This document shows positions 1-7,808 of a DNA stretch of 64,000 bases, one piece after another; the stretch's first letter is position 1; each line of letters opens with the position of its first letter. A model generated the notes under the pieces. It worked only from the letters and a program-made list of their open reading frames with translations. It was not told the DNA's origin and did not search any database. The DNA is taken from positions 5,829 to 69,828 of the forward strand of contig JAGQRE010000002.1 in the NCBI GenBank assembly GCA_020425695.1, read 5' to 3'. Position numbers and translations under genes: made by a program. Origin of the DNA: Planctomycetota bacterium. GTDB taxonomy: Bacteria > Planctomycetota > UBA8742 > UBA2392.

Positions 1-12
1 CTGTTACCGCGC

Positions 13-279
13 ATGGCTTCCGTGGCGATGGTCCTGTTCGGCGCCTTTTACTATTTCGTTGGCGGCACACTCAGCTTTGCATGGGGCGAGGATTGGACCG
101 GCGTTGTCGTGATGGTGTCGGCCGCACTATGGAGCGCTTTCTGCTACTTCCGGCTGATGCGCACCGTGGACGTAAACCCGCGGCGCGGCGCATGGGCCGG
201 CTTCGCAATCGCGTTCCCGGTGTTCGGTGGCTTCTTCGTTGCTGTGTTCTATGGAATCTTCAAAGGCATGACTCAGTGA
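13..279 (+). CDS. small integral membrane protein (hypothetical)
   Basis: 88-aa ORF with three hydrophobic segments (VLFGAFYYFVGG, VVVMVSAALWSAFCYF, FAIAFPVFGGFFVAVFYGIF). Its C-terminal W..YFRL-basic-hydrophobic pattern recurs at the end of the next ORF. The stop overlaps the GTG of the next ORF. Confidence 0.45.
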   Translation: MASVAMVLFGAFYYFVGGTLSFAWGEDWTGVVVMVSAALWSAFCYFRLMRTVDVNPRRGAWAGFAIAFPVFGGFFVAVFYGIFKGMTQ

Positions 280-989
280 GCGAAGCAGGCGCCGTCGTTC
301 CGGAGGACGCGCGTTCGGGTCTGACCCGCTGGGTGCACCGGTTTTTCTACCTGTACATGATGGGCGTGCCGAGCCTGGCGGTGCTTGGGCTGACGCAGCT
401 TACGGGGCATCCGGGCGCGAATGTCAGCCTGCTGTTCTCCAGCACAGCGCTTGCGTGGGTCGTCGGCATTGCCGTTTTCATCGGCACGCTTACGTACATC
501 GCACTCGCAACTGAACTCGTACGCCCGCCCGCAAGCAACCTGCACACGCTGCTGTTGATCTTCGATACGCCTGTGCTGGTGTTTCTCGGCGCATTGGCCG
601 GTGGTCCGCCCGAGTTGGACATTCTCGCCTACGACGGGTTAATCGAAGCACTGGCCGCCGTGCTGGCGCTGATACCGATCCAGTTCACCGGCTCGATCCG
701 CATCCCGGCCAAGAGCGGCAGCGACATCCCCAAAGCCATGCTACTGGTGCTGCTGTTCGGCGCAGGGCCGGCCGCTGTACTGATCGCGATGCTGGTGGGG
801 CTGGCACAGGAAGGTTCGTGGATCGGCATTGTGGCGGTCAGCGTAGCCGTTGGCTGGAGTACCTGGTCGTACTACCGCCTGCTGCGGTACGCGAAGTCCA
901 ACACCGAGAACTGGGGCTGGGTACTGATCGCCCTGCTGATCGGCGCGCTGACCGGCGTCGCGTATGGCATCGTCTCGGCCAACACCTGA
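276..989 (+). CDS. polytopic membrane protein (hypothetical)
   Basis: In-frame GTG at 276. The ORF-track start at 81 lies inside the previous CDS and translates as Arg-rich junk. About 7 hydrophobic helices follow. The C-terminus WSTWSYYRLLRYAKSN..WVLIALLIGALTGVAYGIV is paralogous in pattern to ORF 13-279. Confidence 0.55.
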   Translation: MSEAGAVVPEDARSGLTRWVHRFFYLYMMGVPSLAVLGLTQLTGHPGANVSLLFSSTALAWVVGIAVFIGTLTYIALATELVRPPASNLHTLLLIFDTPVLVFLGALAGGPPELDILAYDGLIEALAAVLALIPIQFTGSIRIPAKSGSDIPKAMLLVLLFGAGPAAVLIAMLVGLAQEGSWIGIVAVSVAVGWSTWSYYRLLRYAKSNTENWGWVLIALLIGALTGVAYGIVSANT

Positions 990-1053
990 AATCGCAGCCG
1001 AACCCAACAGACTTTGCTAAATTGCGGGCCAACAGAATGCCCGAAAGGACGCC

Positions 1054-2508
1054 ATGAAAGCCGAATGCAACGAAGCCATCGACGCCGCCACATCCCTGGG
1101 CGCGAGCTACGCCGACGTGCGCATCATCAACTACCGCAAAGAATCCGTCGCTCTGCGCAACGGCACACCCAGCAACATCTCAAGCAGCGACTCATTCGGC
1201 GCGGGCATTCGCGTGATCGTCAACGGTGCGTGGGGCTTTGCTTCGACGAACCAGGTCGACACTGCCAGCCTGAAATCCACGGCCGAGCGCGCTGTCGCGA
1301 TCGCCAAGGCCAGCGCCCAGGTGAAGAAACAGGACGTGCTGCTGTCGCCGAAAGAAGCCGTGGAAGACATCTGGTGCACGCCATTCACGATTGACCCATT
1401 TAAGGTCAGCCTCGAAGACAAGCTCGGGCTGCTGATGCAGATCGATACGATTCTGCGCAAGAAGCCGGAGATCAAAGTCGCCGTGGCCAACATGCAGTTC
1501 GCGCGCGAGAAGCAATGGTACATGGACAACGAGGGTAGTTTTATCGTGCAGGACCTCGTGCGCTCCGGTGCTGGCTACAGTGCGACGGCCGTCGGCAATG
1601 GCGACGTGCAGATTCGCAGCTACCCGCAAAGCTGGGGCGGCAACCATAAGTGCATGGGCTACGAGATCGTGCACAGCTATGACCTGCTGGGCAACGCCGA
1701 ACGCATCCGCGACGAAGCAATTGAGCTTTTGTCGGCGCCTGAGTGCCCGAGCGGCAAGAAAGATCTGATCCTCGACGGCCCGCAGCTCGCCTTGCAGATT
1801 CACGAAAGCGTAGGCCACGCCAACGAGCTCGACCGTGTGCTCGGCTTCGAGGCCAACTACGCCGGGCGCAGCTTCATGCTGCGCGACCTGCACAACACGC
1901 CGGGCGGTTTCAAGTACGGCAGCGAGCATGTGAATCTCGTGGCCGACTGCACGGTGCCGGGCGGGCTGGCAACGATCGGCTATGACGACGACGGCGTCCG
2001 CGCCGAGCGTTTCCACGTAGTCCAGAACGGCATTCACAAGGACTGGTTCACCACGCGTGAAACGGCGCCGACAGTTGACCGTGAGCATTCAAACGGCTGC
2101 AACCGCGCTGATGGCTTCAGCAACATCCCCATCACGCGCATCCCGAACCTCAGCCTGATGCCCGGCGAGTGGAGCTACGACGACCTGATCGCCGACACCA
2201 AAGACGGCATCATCATGGAAGTGAACAAGAGCTGGAGCATCGACCAGATGCGCCTCAACTTCCAGTTCGGGGCCGAGATCGGGCGCGTGGTGAAGGACGG
2301 CAAGATCACCGGCATCGTGAAGAACCCGAACTACCAGGGCAACACGCCCGAGTTCTGGGGCGCCTGCGACGCCATCTGCAACCAGGACCACTGGGACCTG
2401 TGGGGCGTAATCAACTGCGGCAAAGGCCAACCCGGCCAAACCGCAGAAATGTCCCACGGCGGCGCCCCAACACGATTCAAAGGCATCGAAGTAGGGATCC
2501 GGGGCTGA
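1054..2508 (+). CDS. tldD: TldD/PmbA-family metalloprotease (TldD-like)
   Basis: 484 aa of TldD-like length and layout. The intact zinc motif HESVGHANELD is present in TldD and absent from PmbA. Confidence 0.85.
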   Translation: MKAECNEAIDAATSLGASYADVRIINYRKESVALRNGTPSNISSSDSFGAGIRVIVNGAWGFASTNQVDTASLKSTAERAVAIAKASAQVKKQDVLLSPKEAVEDIWCTPFTIDPFKVSLEDKLGLLMQIDTILRKKPEIKVAVANMQFAREKQWYMDNEGSFIVQDLVRSGAGYSATAVGNGDVQIRSYPQSWGGNHKCMGYEIVHSYDLLGNAERIRDEAIELLSAPECPSGKKDLILDGPQLALQIHESVGHANELDRVLGFEANYAGRSFMLRDLHNTPGGFKYGSEHVNLVADCTVPGGLATIGYDDDGVRAERFHVVQNGIHKDWFTTRETAPTVDREHSNGCNRADGFSNIPITRIPNLSLMPGEWSYDDLIADTKDGIIMEVNKSWSIDQMRLNFQFGAEIGRVVKDGKITGIVKNPNYQGNTPEFWGACDAICNQDHWDLWGVINCGKGQPGQTAEMSHGGAPTRFKGIEVGIRG

Positions 2509-2595
2509 TCTGAACGCGAAGCAGTTCACGCAGTGAACGTTGTGAAGCAGGCGAGCGCAGTAGGTTGATCTGAACGCGAAGCGTAAGCGAGCGCT
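2507..2595. repeat. REP-like repeat cluster upstream of the Y1 transposase-like gene
   Basis: gatctgaacgcgaagc occurs twice (2507-2522 and 2567-2582). A small hairpin gttcac-gca-gtgaac lies at 2524-2538. The second copy extends as gaacgcgaagcgtaagcgagcgct. Confidence 0.7.
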
Positions 2596-2632
2596 ATCTA
2601 ACGACCGTCGCGAAGCCGAGTAGAGGCTGAAC

Positions 2633-3127
2633 ATGCCCGACCACCCACTCGCTTTCTTCCTGACATGGGTGTGCTACGGCACGTGGCTACACGGGGACGA
2701 ACGAGAGTCGGTAGACAAAGCCACCAACCAGTTCGGCGAACCACGGCTGCCATTCAATCCGGCCCAGAAAGCCTCGCGACACAAACAGCTGGCCCATCCG
2801 CCATACAGCCTCGGCCCACGAAAACGCGGAGTTACCTTTCGCACGATCCAGCAAGTGTGCGAGCACAGGAAGTGGCGATTGATGGAACTCAACGTTCGCA
2901 CCAATCACGTGCATGTCGTCGTCTCAAGTGCCGCCTCAGCCGACAAGACCTTGGCCGACCTAAAGGCCTGGTGCACTCGACGTCTGCGAGAAGCCGGATT
3001 GCTCGGGAAGCAAGAACCCGCATGGGCTGAAGAAGGCAGCACGATCTGGCTGTGGACGGACGAGCAGGTGGCGGAGAAGCGGCGCTATGTGCGGGATGAG
3101 CAGGGGCCAGACTTGTTGATGGAGTAG
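2633..3127 (+). CDS. IS200/IS605-type Y1 (HUH) transposase-like protein, RayT-like (REP-associated)
   Basis: 164 aa. The N-terminus FFLTWVCYGTWLHGDERESV and the HUH motif TNHVHVVVSS are typical of IS200-like/REP-associated tyrosine transposases. The gene is flanked by inverted REP-like repeats. Confidence 0.75.
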   Translation: MPDHPLAFFLTWVCYGTWLHGDERESVDKATNQFGEPRLPFNPAQKASRHKQLAHPPYSLGPRKRGVTFRTIQQVCEHRKWRLMELNVRTNHVHVVVSSAASADKTLADLKAWCTRRLREAGLLGKQEPAWAEEGSTIWLWTDEQVAEKRRYVRDEQGPDLLME

Positions 3128-3170
3128 ACGGCGCGAACTTGTTCGTACGTGGGATTTGCCAACCGCCGGT

Positions 3171-3199
3171 AGCGCTCGCTTACGCTTCGCGTTCTGACC
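3171..3199. repeat. REP-like repeat, inverted copy
   Basis: agcgctcgcttacgcttcgcgttctgacc is the reverse complement of the upstream gaacgcgaagcgtaagcgagcgct (24/24 identical core) at 2572-2595. Confidence 0.75.
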
Positions 3200-3214
3200 T
3201 GCTCTAATGCCTTC

Positions 3215-4171
3215 ATGCCTAAGGGATTCTTTACTCAGGGAATTGCGGTTCTGTTTGATGCGGCGCCTTCGCGGGTGGCTATTCGTGAGGCTTTGGAGCC
3301 TGCGTTTGAGATTGCTCGTGAAGACGATGGTGGCGATGGCTGGGCCCAGGGCGGCGACGGTCTGATCGTTACTTATCGTCCCGACGTCAACGGCTACTTC
3401 AACATCGACGTTGTAGCGCAGGCCTGGCCTGACCACATGGGCGACCCTACCGCCGAACCCGAACTTTTCGCGGCCTGGACTTTCGGGCACTTCGGCCCCA
3501 ACGCCTACCCCGGCAACCTTGAGCGCGCCTCTGAGCACAACCTGACCTGGGAAGATGCGAAAGAAGTCGCGGGCAAACATAAAGCGTTCGTCCGCATTCG
3601 CCTCAGCTATGTCTTCGGCGCAAGCGACAACGCGGCCATGCAACCGGACGACGTCGACCCGCGCGACGAACTGAACTTCGCCTACGGCATCGCCGACAAG
3701 TTGCTGCGCATGCCCGGCGCGCTGGCTCTGTTCAACCCGGGTGGCGAAGTGTTGTGCGAACTCGACACGCTTGAGCAGGCAACGGCCTGGGCCATTGAGA
3801 ACGAGCTTGAGCCGCTGGATGTCTGGTCAAACCTGCGCTTCTTTCAGGTGGATGACACGTGGTCGCTGATGGACACCGTCGGCAACGCGCAACTGGATCT
3901 GCCCGATATGGAAGCCGTGTTTCAGCCGGCGCAAACTGACCCGAACGAAGTCGCTGCGCTGCTGCGAAACGTCACCGGCTACATGATCGAGAACGGCGCA
4001 GTGATCGAAGACGGACACACCGTGGACGGCCCCGCAGGCGACGTCTGGCAAGTACACGCCTTCGAGAACAGTCTCAGCAGCCCGCCCCGCGACGTGCTGT
4101 GCATCGTGCCCGAAGGCGTTGAGCCCCCGGCCATGGTTTTCCACCGAGCCGATGAACCCGAAGAAGAGTAG
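3215..4171 (+). CDS. hypothetical acidic cytosolic protein
   Basis: 318-aa ORF with coding-like composition and no TM segment or signal peptide. A 3' fragment of a paralogue sits at 5210-5338. Confidence 0.6.
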   Translation: MPKGFFTQGIAVLFDAAPSRVAIREALEPAFEIAREDDGGDGWAQGGDGLIVTYRPDVNGYFNIDVVAQAWPDHMGDPTAEPELFAAWTFGHFGPNAYPGNLERASEHNLTWEDAKEVAGKHKAFVRIRLSYVFGASDNAAMQPDDVDPRDELNFAYGIADKLLRMPGALALFNPGGEVLCELDTLEQATAWAIENELEPLDVWSNLRFFQVDDTWSLMDTVGNAQLDLPDMEAVFQPAQTDPNEVAALLRNVTGYMIENGAVIEDGHTVDGPAGDVWQVHAFENSLSSPPRDVLCIVPEGVEPPAMVFHRADEPEEE

Positions 4172-4186
4172 ATTCCGCTTGCACCC

Positions 4187-4226
4187 TAGTCATTATTGAC
4201 TACAAACGACTAGTCAATAATGACTA
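4187..4226. promoter_or_regulatory. tandem palindromic operator candidate (PadR-type) upstream of the ABM-padR operon
   Basis: TAGTCAttatTGACTA (4187-4202) and TAGTCAataaTGACTA (4211-4226). The two 16-mers are exact reverse complements of each other and each is itself a TAGTCA-N4-TGACTA palindrome. They lie 19 nt upstream of the ATG at 4245. Confidence 0.6.
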
Positions 4227-4244
4227 TCTAACGAAGAGGACTCC

Positions 4245-4556
4245 ATGTTTACAGTAATTGCTCGCTTTCCCGCGGTTGCCGAGCACCAGAAGGACGTATT
4301 CGAAGCGCTGGACCGAAGCCTTGAGGTTGCCCGCAACGCGCCAGGGCTTCTGGCCTACCAGGTGTTACAGCCGAAGGAAGCCAACCAGCGCGTGGGTCTG
4401 ATGATCTGGGAGACGCGCGACCATTTTCAGAAGATGCTCCAGTCTGAAGAAAGCCGCGCGGTACACGCCGAAGTCAAACCCGAATACTTCGATGGCACAC
4501 CGGGCATTGAGGAACTCGAAGTCGTTTCCAGCTGGCACTCGGAAGCCACGGCATGA
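4245..4556 (+). CDS. antibiotic-biosynthesis-monooxygenase (ABM/Dabb) domain protein
   Basis: 103 aa of ferredoxin-like ABM pattern (FTVIARF..., GLLAYQVLQP, VGLMIWETRDHFQKMLQSEE). The 4-nt overlap with the downstream padR suggests an operon. Confidence 0.65.
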   Translation: MFTVIARFPAVAEHQKDVFEALDRSLEVARNAPGLLAYQVLQPKEANQRVGLMIWETRDHFQKMLQSEESRAVHAEVKPEYFDGTPGIEELEVVSSWHSEATA

Positions 4557-5053
4557 GCTTGAGCGCACATCGCGAGTTGCTGGTGCTGAGTTTCATCCGC
4601 GATCACGCGATACACGGGTACGCTTTGGCCGAGGCTCTGGAAAACGGGCTTGGCCCCGCACTCGGCATCAAGCGCGCGAACCTCTATGCGCTGCTGCAAC
4701 GCCTTGAGGAACGCAAGCTGATTCGGCACAAGACCGTGCGACCGGGCAACGCGCCCGAGCGCCGCGAGTACCGCATCACGGCAAAGGGCAGGGACGGCTA
4801 CCGCGAACTGCTGAGACGTTGCTGGTCCACGGTCCCGGATACGATGCTGCCGCTGGCAGTTCTGCTTCCCAGCCTGGATGAGCTAACGAAAGCGGGGCAA
4901 GCCGAGGCGGTCGCGAGCGCCGTGCTGGGACTGAAGGAACGGATCAAGGCGATCCGCGCGATCCCCGCGCACGGTGGCAGCGCGGGCGCTGCGTTGCAGT
5001 TGATCGAGCAGCACTATGCGCTTGATCTGAAGTTCCTGAGCAGCCTCTCGTAG
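4553..5053 (+). CDS. PadR-family transcriptional regulator
   Basis: wHTH signature LVLSFIRDHAIHGYALAEAL...LYALLQRLEERKLIRHK...REYRITAKGRDGY. Confidence 0.85.
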   Translation: MSLSAHRELLVLSFIRDHAIHGYALAEALENGLGPALGIKRANLYALLQRLEERKLIRHKTVRPGNAPERREYRITAKGRDGYRELLRRCWSTVPDTMLPLAVLLPSLDELTKAGQAEAVASAVLGLKERIKAIRAIPAHGGSAGAALQLIEQHYALDLKFLSSLS

Positions 5054-5209
5054 CCTTGTTTCTTCAGCAGCTTGTAGGCGTGCATCCAGCCGTCAGTCTG
5101 GATGCCGTAGCGTCCCCGGGCTACGGCACATGGCTTCGAGGTAGCGCGAGCCGCCGATGTCGGCCGCTCCACAGCCGAACTCTTTCAGCGGCTCGGCGGT
5201 CTTCGCCTT

Positions 5210-5338
5210 GTCGATGTCTGGCACGTACACGCCTTTGAGAACGGCCTCAGCGGCCCACCCCACGAATTACTGTCTATTATGCCCGAAGGTCTGGAGCCCC
5301 CGGGCATGGTTTTCGGGCGCGACTCAGACGATGAGTAA
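5210..5338 (+). pseudogene. 3'-terminal remnant of a paralogue of CDS 3215-4171
   Basis: It translates to VDVWHVHAFENGLSGPPHELLSIMPEGLEPPGMVFGRDSDDE*. This aligns with the C-terminus GDVWQVHAFENSLSSPPRDVLCIVPEGVEPPAMVFHRADEPEEE* of the 318-aa protein. No matching upstream coding sequence exists (in-frame TAG at 5108). Confidence 0.6.
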
Positions 5339-5395
5339 CAACGCAATACCCCTCGGCCAATTCACCGAGGGGCTGCGGGAAGAGCCGGCGTGGTG

Positions 5396-7048
5396 TTAGC
5401 CGAGCATCTTGCGACGACGTGCGCCCACTGCGAGCACTCCAAACATCAGAATCGCGGCCCAAGTCGCGCCAGTTGCAGCGACGCAGCCGCCTGCACTTCC
5501 GCCGGTTGTTGGTGGCGGTGTCACTCCCTGCTGGTCGGCCGTGCCGGAAACACCGAATTCGAACGGTGTCGTCGTTGACGTGTCGTCGTGGGCAAAGCTC
5601 ACCATGCCGTTGTAAGTCCCGACTGCCGTCACCGTGAAGTAGATCTCAAAAGTGGTCGAGGCTCCCGGTGCCAGACTGGCTGGAAGTACGCCGTTGATGG
5701 TGAAAGCCGGATCACTGGCGGTCACGGCACCGAGATTCAATGCGCCCGTGCCGCTGTTCGCGACGTAAATCGTGACAGGCCCCGCAGGCATCAGGCCAAG
5801 GTCAACGGTGCCGAAGTCGCGCTGCCCGCCTGCGACCGCGCCGTTGCCGATCAGAGCACCGGTTGCGCTGCCCTCACGCACTTCGATGATCGGAACCGGG
5901 GCTGGTGTGGTGCCCATACCGACGATCTCGCAAACGAACGGGTCGGGCTCGTTACTTGCATCGTGTGCAATCTCCACCTGCGCGGACTTTGCGCCGACGG
6001 AGGTCGGGTCAAACGCTACGCTGAACTGCGTTACTCCGGCCGGCGCCACGGTCATCTGCATCATCGTTGTGTCCAGCACGAACTCGCCCGCGTCGCTGCC
6101 GGTAATGCTGACGCCGGTCAGCGTGAGATTCGTGCTGCCTGTGTTGACCAGCTTGAACGTCACGTTCGCTGTGGCACCGTTGTTTATGTCGATTGAGCCG
6201 AAGTCTCGCGTCGTCCCAGCCGCATATGACGCGTAGGTGACCGGTGAGCTATCTGCCGTAACCTGCATGGTTGTGCCGCTGGAGACGACAGGCACGAACG
6301 TGATCAGGGTGTCGAGTGGATACATGTCCATCTCGCCGTTCGAGCCAACAAGCCCGGCAACCGTGCCGTTGATGACTTCCTGATTTGCGCCCGCCGCGCT
6401 CGCAATGCAGACGCTGTTGTGGTCAACACAGGCGTAGGGCTTTGGGTTGCCACCGCTGCCGTAGCGGAAGTCGATTTCACCCTCACGGGCGTGGCCGGCG
6501 GTGTACAGGATCAGCTCAAACAGCACCCAGCCGGGAGCGGGCGTCATAGGCGGGTTGCCGAATGACGGCGCACCGTGGGACGGCGCTGACTGACGAACAC
6601 GACCCCAGCGAATCACGAGCCGTTTGGCACTCGCGCTGTAAACGTACTGCACTTGTGAATCGGTGTAGTTGAGCCATAGCGGTGCGATCACCAGCCCGTC
6701 AGTCGCAACGTCAGGTGTGTCGGTCGCGATGGTTGACGGCGCAGTGCTGGCGTTGCCGAGTGTGATGTAGCCGTTATTGCCGACACGGAAGCGATCATAG
6801 CTGGTCCCAAAGAACGTGAAGTCAAACCCGCTGGGCTGCTGCTCGCTGCTGATGGCGTCCTGCGCGAGATACAGCACGACAGGGTTGACCAGTGGCGTAC
6901 TCTGGAACGCTGTGTTCTGTGAACTGACGGTGTAGCTTGGCGTTGGTGCGGCGGTCGCTGCCGTTGCAACCACAGCGACGGCTGCCAGTGCGGCGAGTCG
7001 AATCGACAATTTGATGCTGCTGTTCATCTCACTTCTCCTCAGTTTCAA
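5396..7048 (-). CDS. secreted surface protein with repeated Ig-like (choice-of-anchor-D-like) modules and a C-terminal sorting-signal-like tail
   Basis: Signal peptide (SIRLAALAAVAVVATAATA). NIDO-like segment FFGTSYDRFRVGNNGYITLG. Repeated FG.VD(L/I).....V.(F/Y).(L/V)(V/A)N.G...L modules. The tail GGSAGGCVAATGATWAAILMFGVLAVGARRRK has a Gly/Cys motif, a TM helix and a basic end. The start could be the internal Met at 7027. Confidence 0.75.
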   Translation of the reverse strand: MKLRRSEMNSSIKLSIRLAALAAVAVVATAATAAPTPSYTVSSQNTAFQSTPLVNPVVLYLAQDAISSEQQPSGFDFTFFGTSYDRFRVGNNGYITLGNASTAPSTIATDTPDVATDGLVIAPLWLNYTDSQVQYVYSASAKRLVIRWGRVRQSAPSHGAPSFGNPPMTPAPGWVLFELILYTAGHAREGEIDFRYGSGGNPKPYACVDHNSVCIASAAGANQEVINGTVAGLVGSNGEMDMYPLDTLITFVPVVSSGTTMQVTADSSPVTYASYAAGTTRDFGSIDINNGATANVTFKLVNTGSTNLTLTGVSITGSDAGEFVLDTTMMQMTVAPAGVTQFSVAFDPTSVGAKSAQVEIAHDASNEPDPFVCEIVGMGTTPAPVPIIEVREGSATGALIGNGAVAGGQRDFGTVDLGLMPAGPVTIYVANSGTGALNLGAVTASDPAFTINGVLPASLAPGASTTFEIYFTVTAVGTYNGMVSFAHDDTSTTTPFEFGVSGTADQQGVTPPPTTGGSAGGCVAATGATWAAILMFGVLAVGARRRKMLG

Positions 7049-7229
7049 ATCTGTTGACCCATCCTCTACGCACGATTCAGGCTATCCGATGGCGATAGCG
7101 CCTGTGTTGGCGGCGTATAGTTCAGGGTTCAGATTCGAAACGAGGCGTGGATGGATTTCACAAGTGAAATCCATGCCCGCTCAAGATCCGCGAGGTCATT
7201 TTGGTTGTGTTAAGCGGCTGGCTTACAGC

Positions 7230-7445
7230 CTATTGGTCCGCAGCCTTCTTCGAGATCGGGCAAGTCTTGATCCCGAGCAGCGTGTAGAGAGGGCAACGAC
7301 CCAACAGCCCGGTCAGCAGCGGCACGAGCCCGACCAGCCCCCAAAGCGTCTTCGGTCCTACAAACACCAGGCTGAGAACGCCAAGCCCCACAAGAACGCG
7401 TAAAACGCGATCAACCGTGCCCTCATTGCGCATCAGAAAGTCCAT
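7230..7445 (-). CDS. DUF2892 (YgaP-like) small membrane protein
   Basis: 71 aa. NEGTVDRVLRVLVGLGVLSL...LVGLVPLLTGLLGRCPLYTLLGI matches the DUF2892 two-helix pattern with conserved CP.Y..LG. Confidence 0.75.
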   Translation of the reverse strand: MDFLMRNEGTVDRVLRVLVGLGVLSLVFVGPKTLWGLVGLVPLLTGLLGRCPLYTLLGIKTCPISKKAADQ

Positions 7446-7561
7446 GGATTGCCCCTTATTTGCCCTGTTAACTTAACGAACAATAGCGCCCCTACATTTC
7501 CGATTCGATTGTGCTTCTGGTCCCGCCATCGGGACTGCTAGACTTCAGTCGGGAGACGACC

Positions 7562-7786
7562 ATGGCAAGCGATGAAGTGAATGCATTGAAAGATATCGTC
7601 AGCAAGATTGACGACCTGGGTGACGTCGGGCGCGAGATCGACAACCTGAAGCGGGCGGTCGAAGCGCTGACCAGCGAACTGAAAGAAGTCCGCAAGTTCG
7701 CCGTTATCAAAGACGTAATCGGCGACACCAACGACACGCTGGCCAAGCTCGTAGATGAGCTACGCAAGTTGCGTGAGAAAGAGTAG
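7562..7786 (+). CDS. small coiled-coil protein (hypothetical)
   Basis: ATG at 7562 preceded by gggaga. 74 aa of heptad-like sequence (VNALKDIVSKIDDLGDVGREIDNLKRAVEALTSELKEVRK). A terminator hairpin follows. Confidence 0.5.
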   Translation: MASDEVNALKDIVSKIDDLGDVGREIDNLKRAVEALTSELKEVRKFAVIKDVIGDTNDTLAKLVDELRKLREKE

Positions 7787-7804
7787 GGCCCGCCGAAGCG
7801 GGCC
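7787..7804. terminator. bidirectional intrinsic terminator between convergent genes
   Basis: ggcccgc-cgaa-gcgggcc followed by ttgttt. It sits between the stop at 7786 (+) and the stop at 7809 (-). Confidence 0.65.
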
Positions 7805-7808
7805 TTGT

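Noticed and set aside
81-275. N-terminal 65 aa of the ORF-track call 81-989.
   Set aside because: This part lies inside the 13-279 membrane-protein ORF in another frame and translates as Arg-rich junk (MGRGLDRRCRDGVGR...). A GTG at 276 overlapping the upstream stop is a more plausible start.
1192-2088. Long ORF (298 aa) antisense to tldD. Similar long antisense ORFs occur at 8436-9254, 9846-10661, 11601-12809, 13233-14522, 14796-15656 and 16515-17699.
   Set aside because: These are typical high-GC shadow ORFs. Their translations are Arg/Ala/Val/His-rich low-complexity sequence without motifs, while the opposite strand encodes recognisable proteins (TldD, ECF fusion, PepSY/Mo-enzyme, ThrC, HEAT, HExxH protein).
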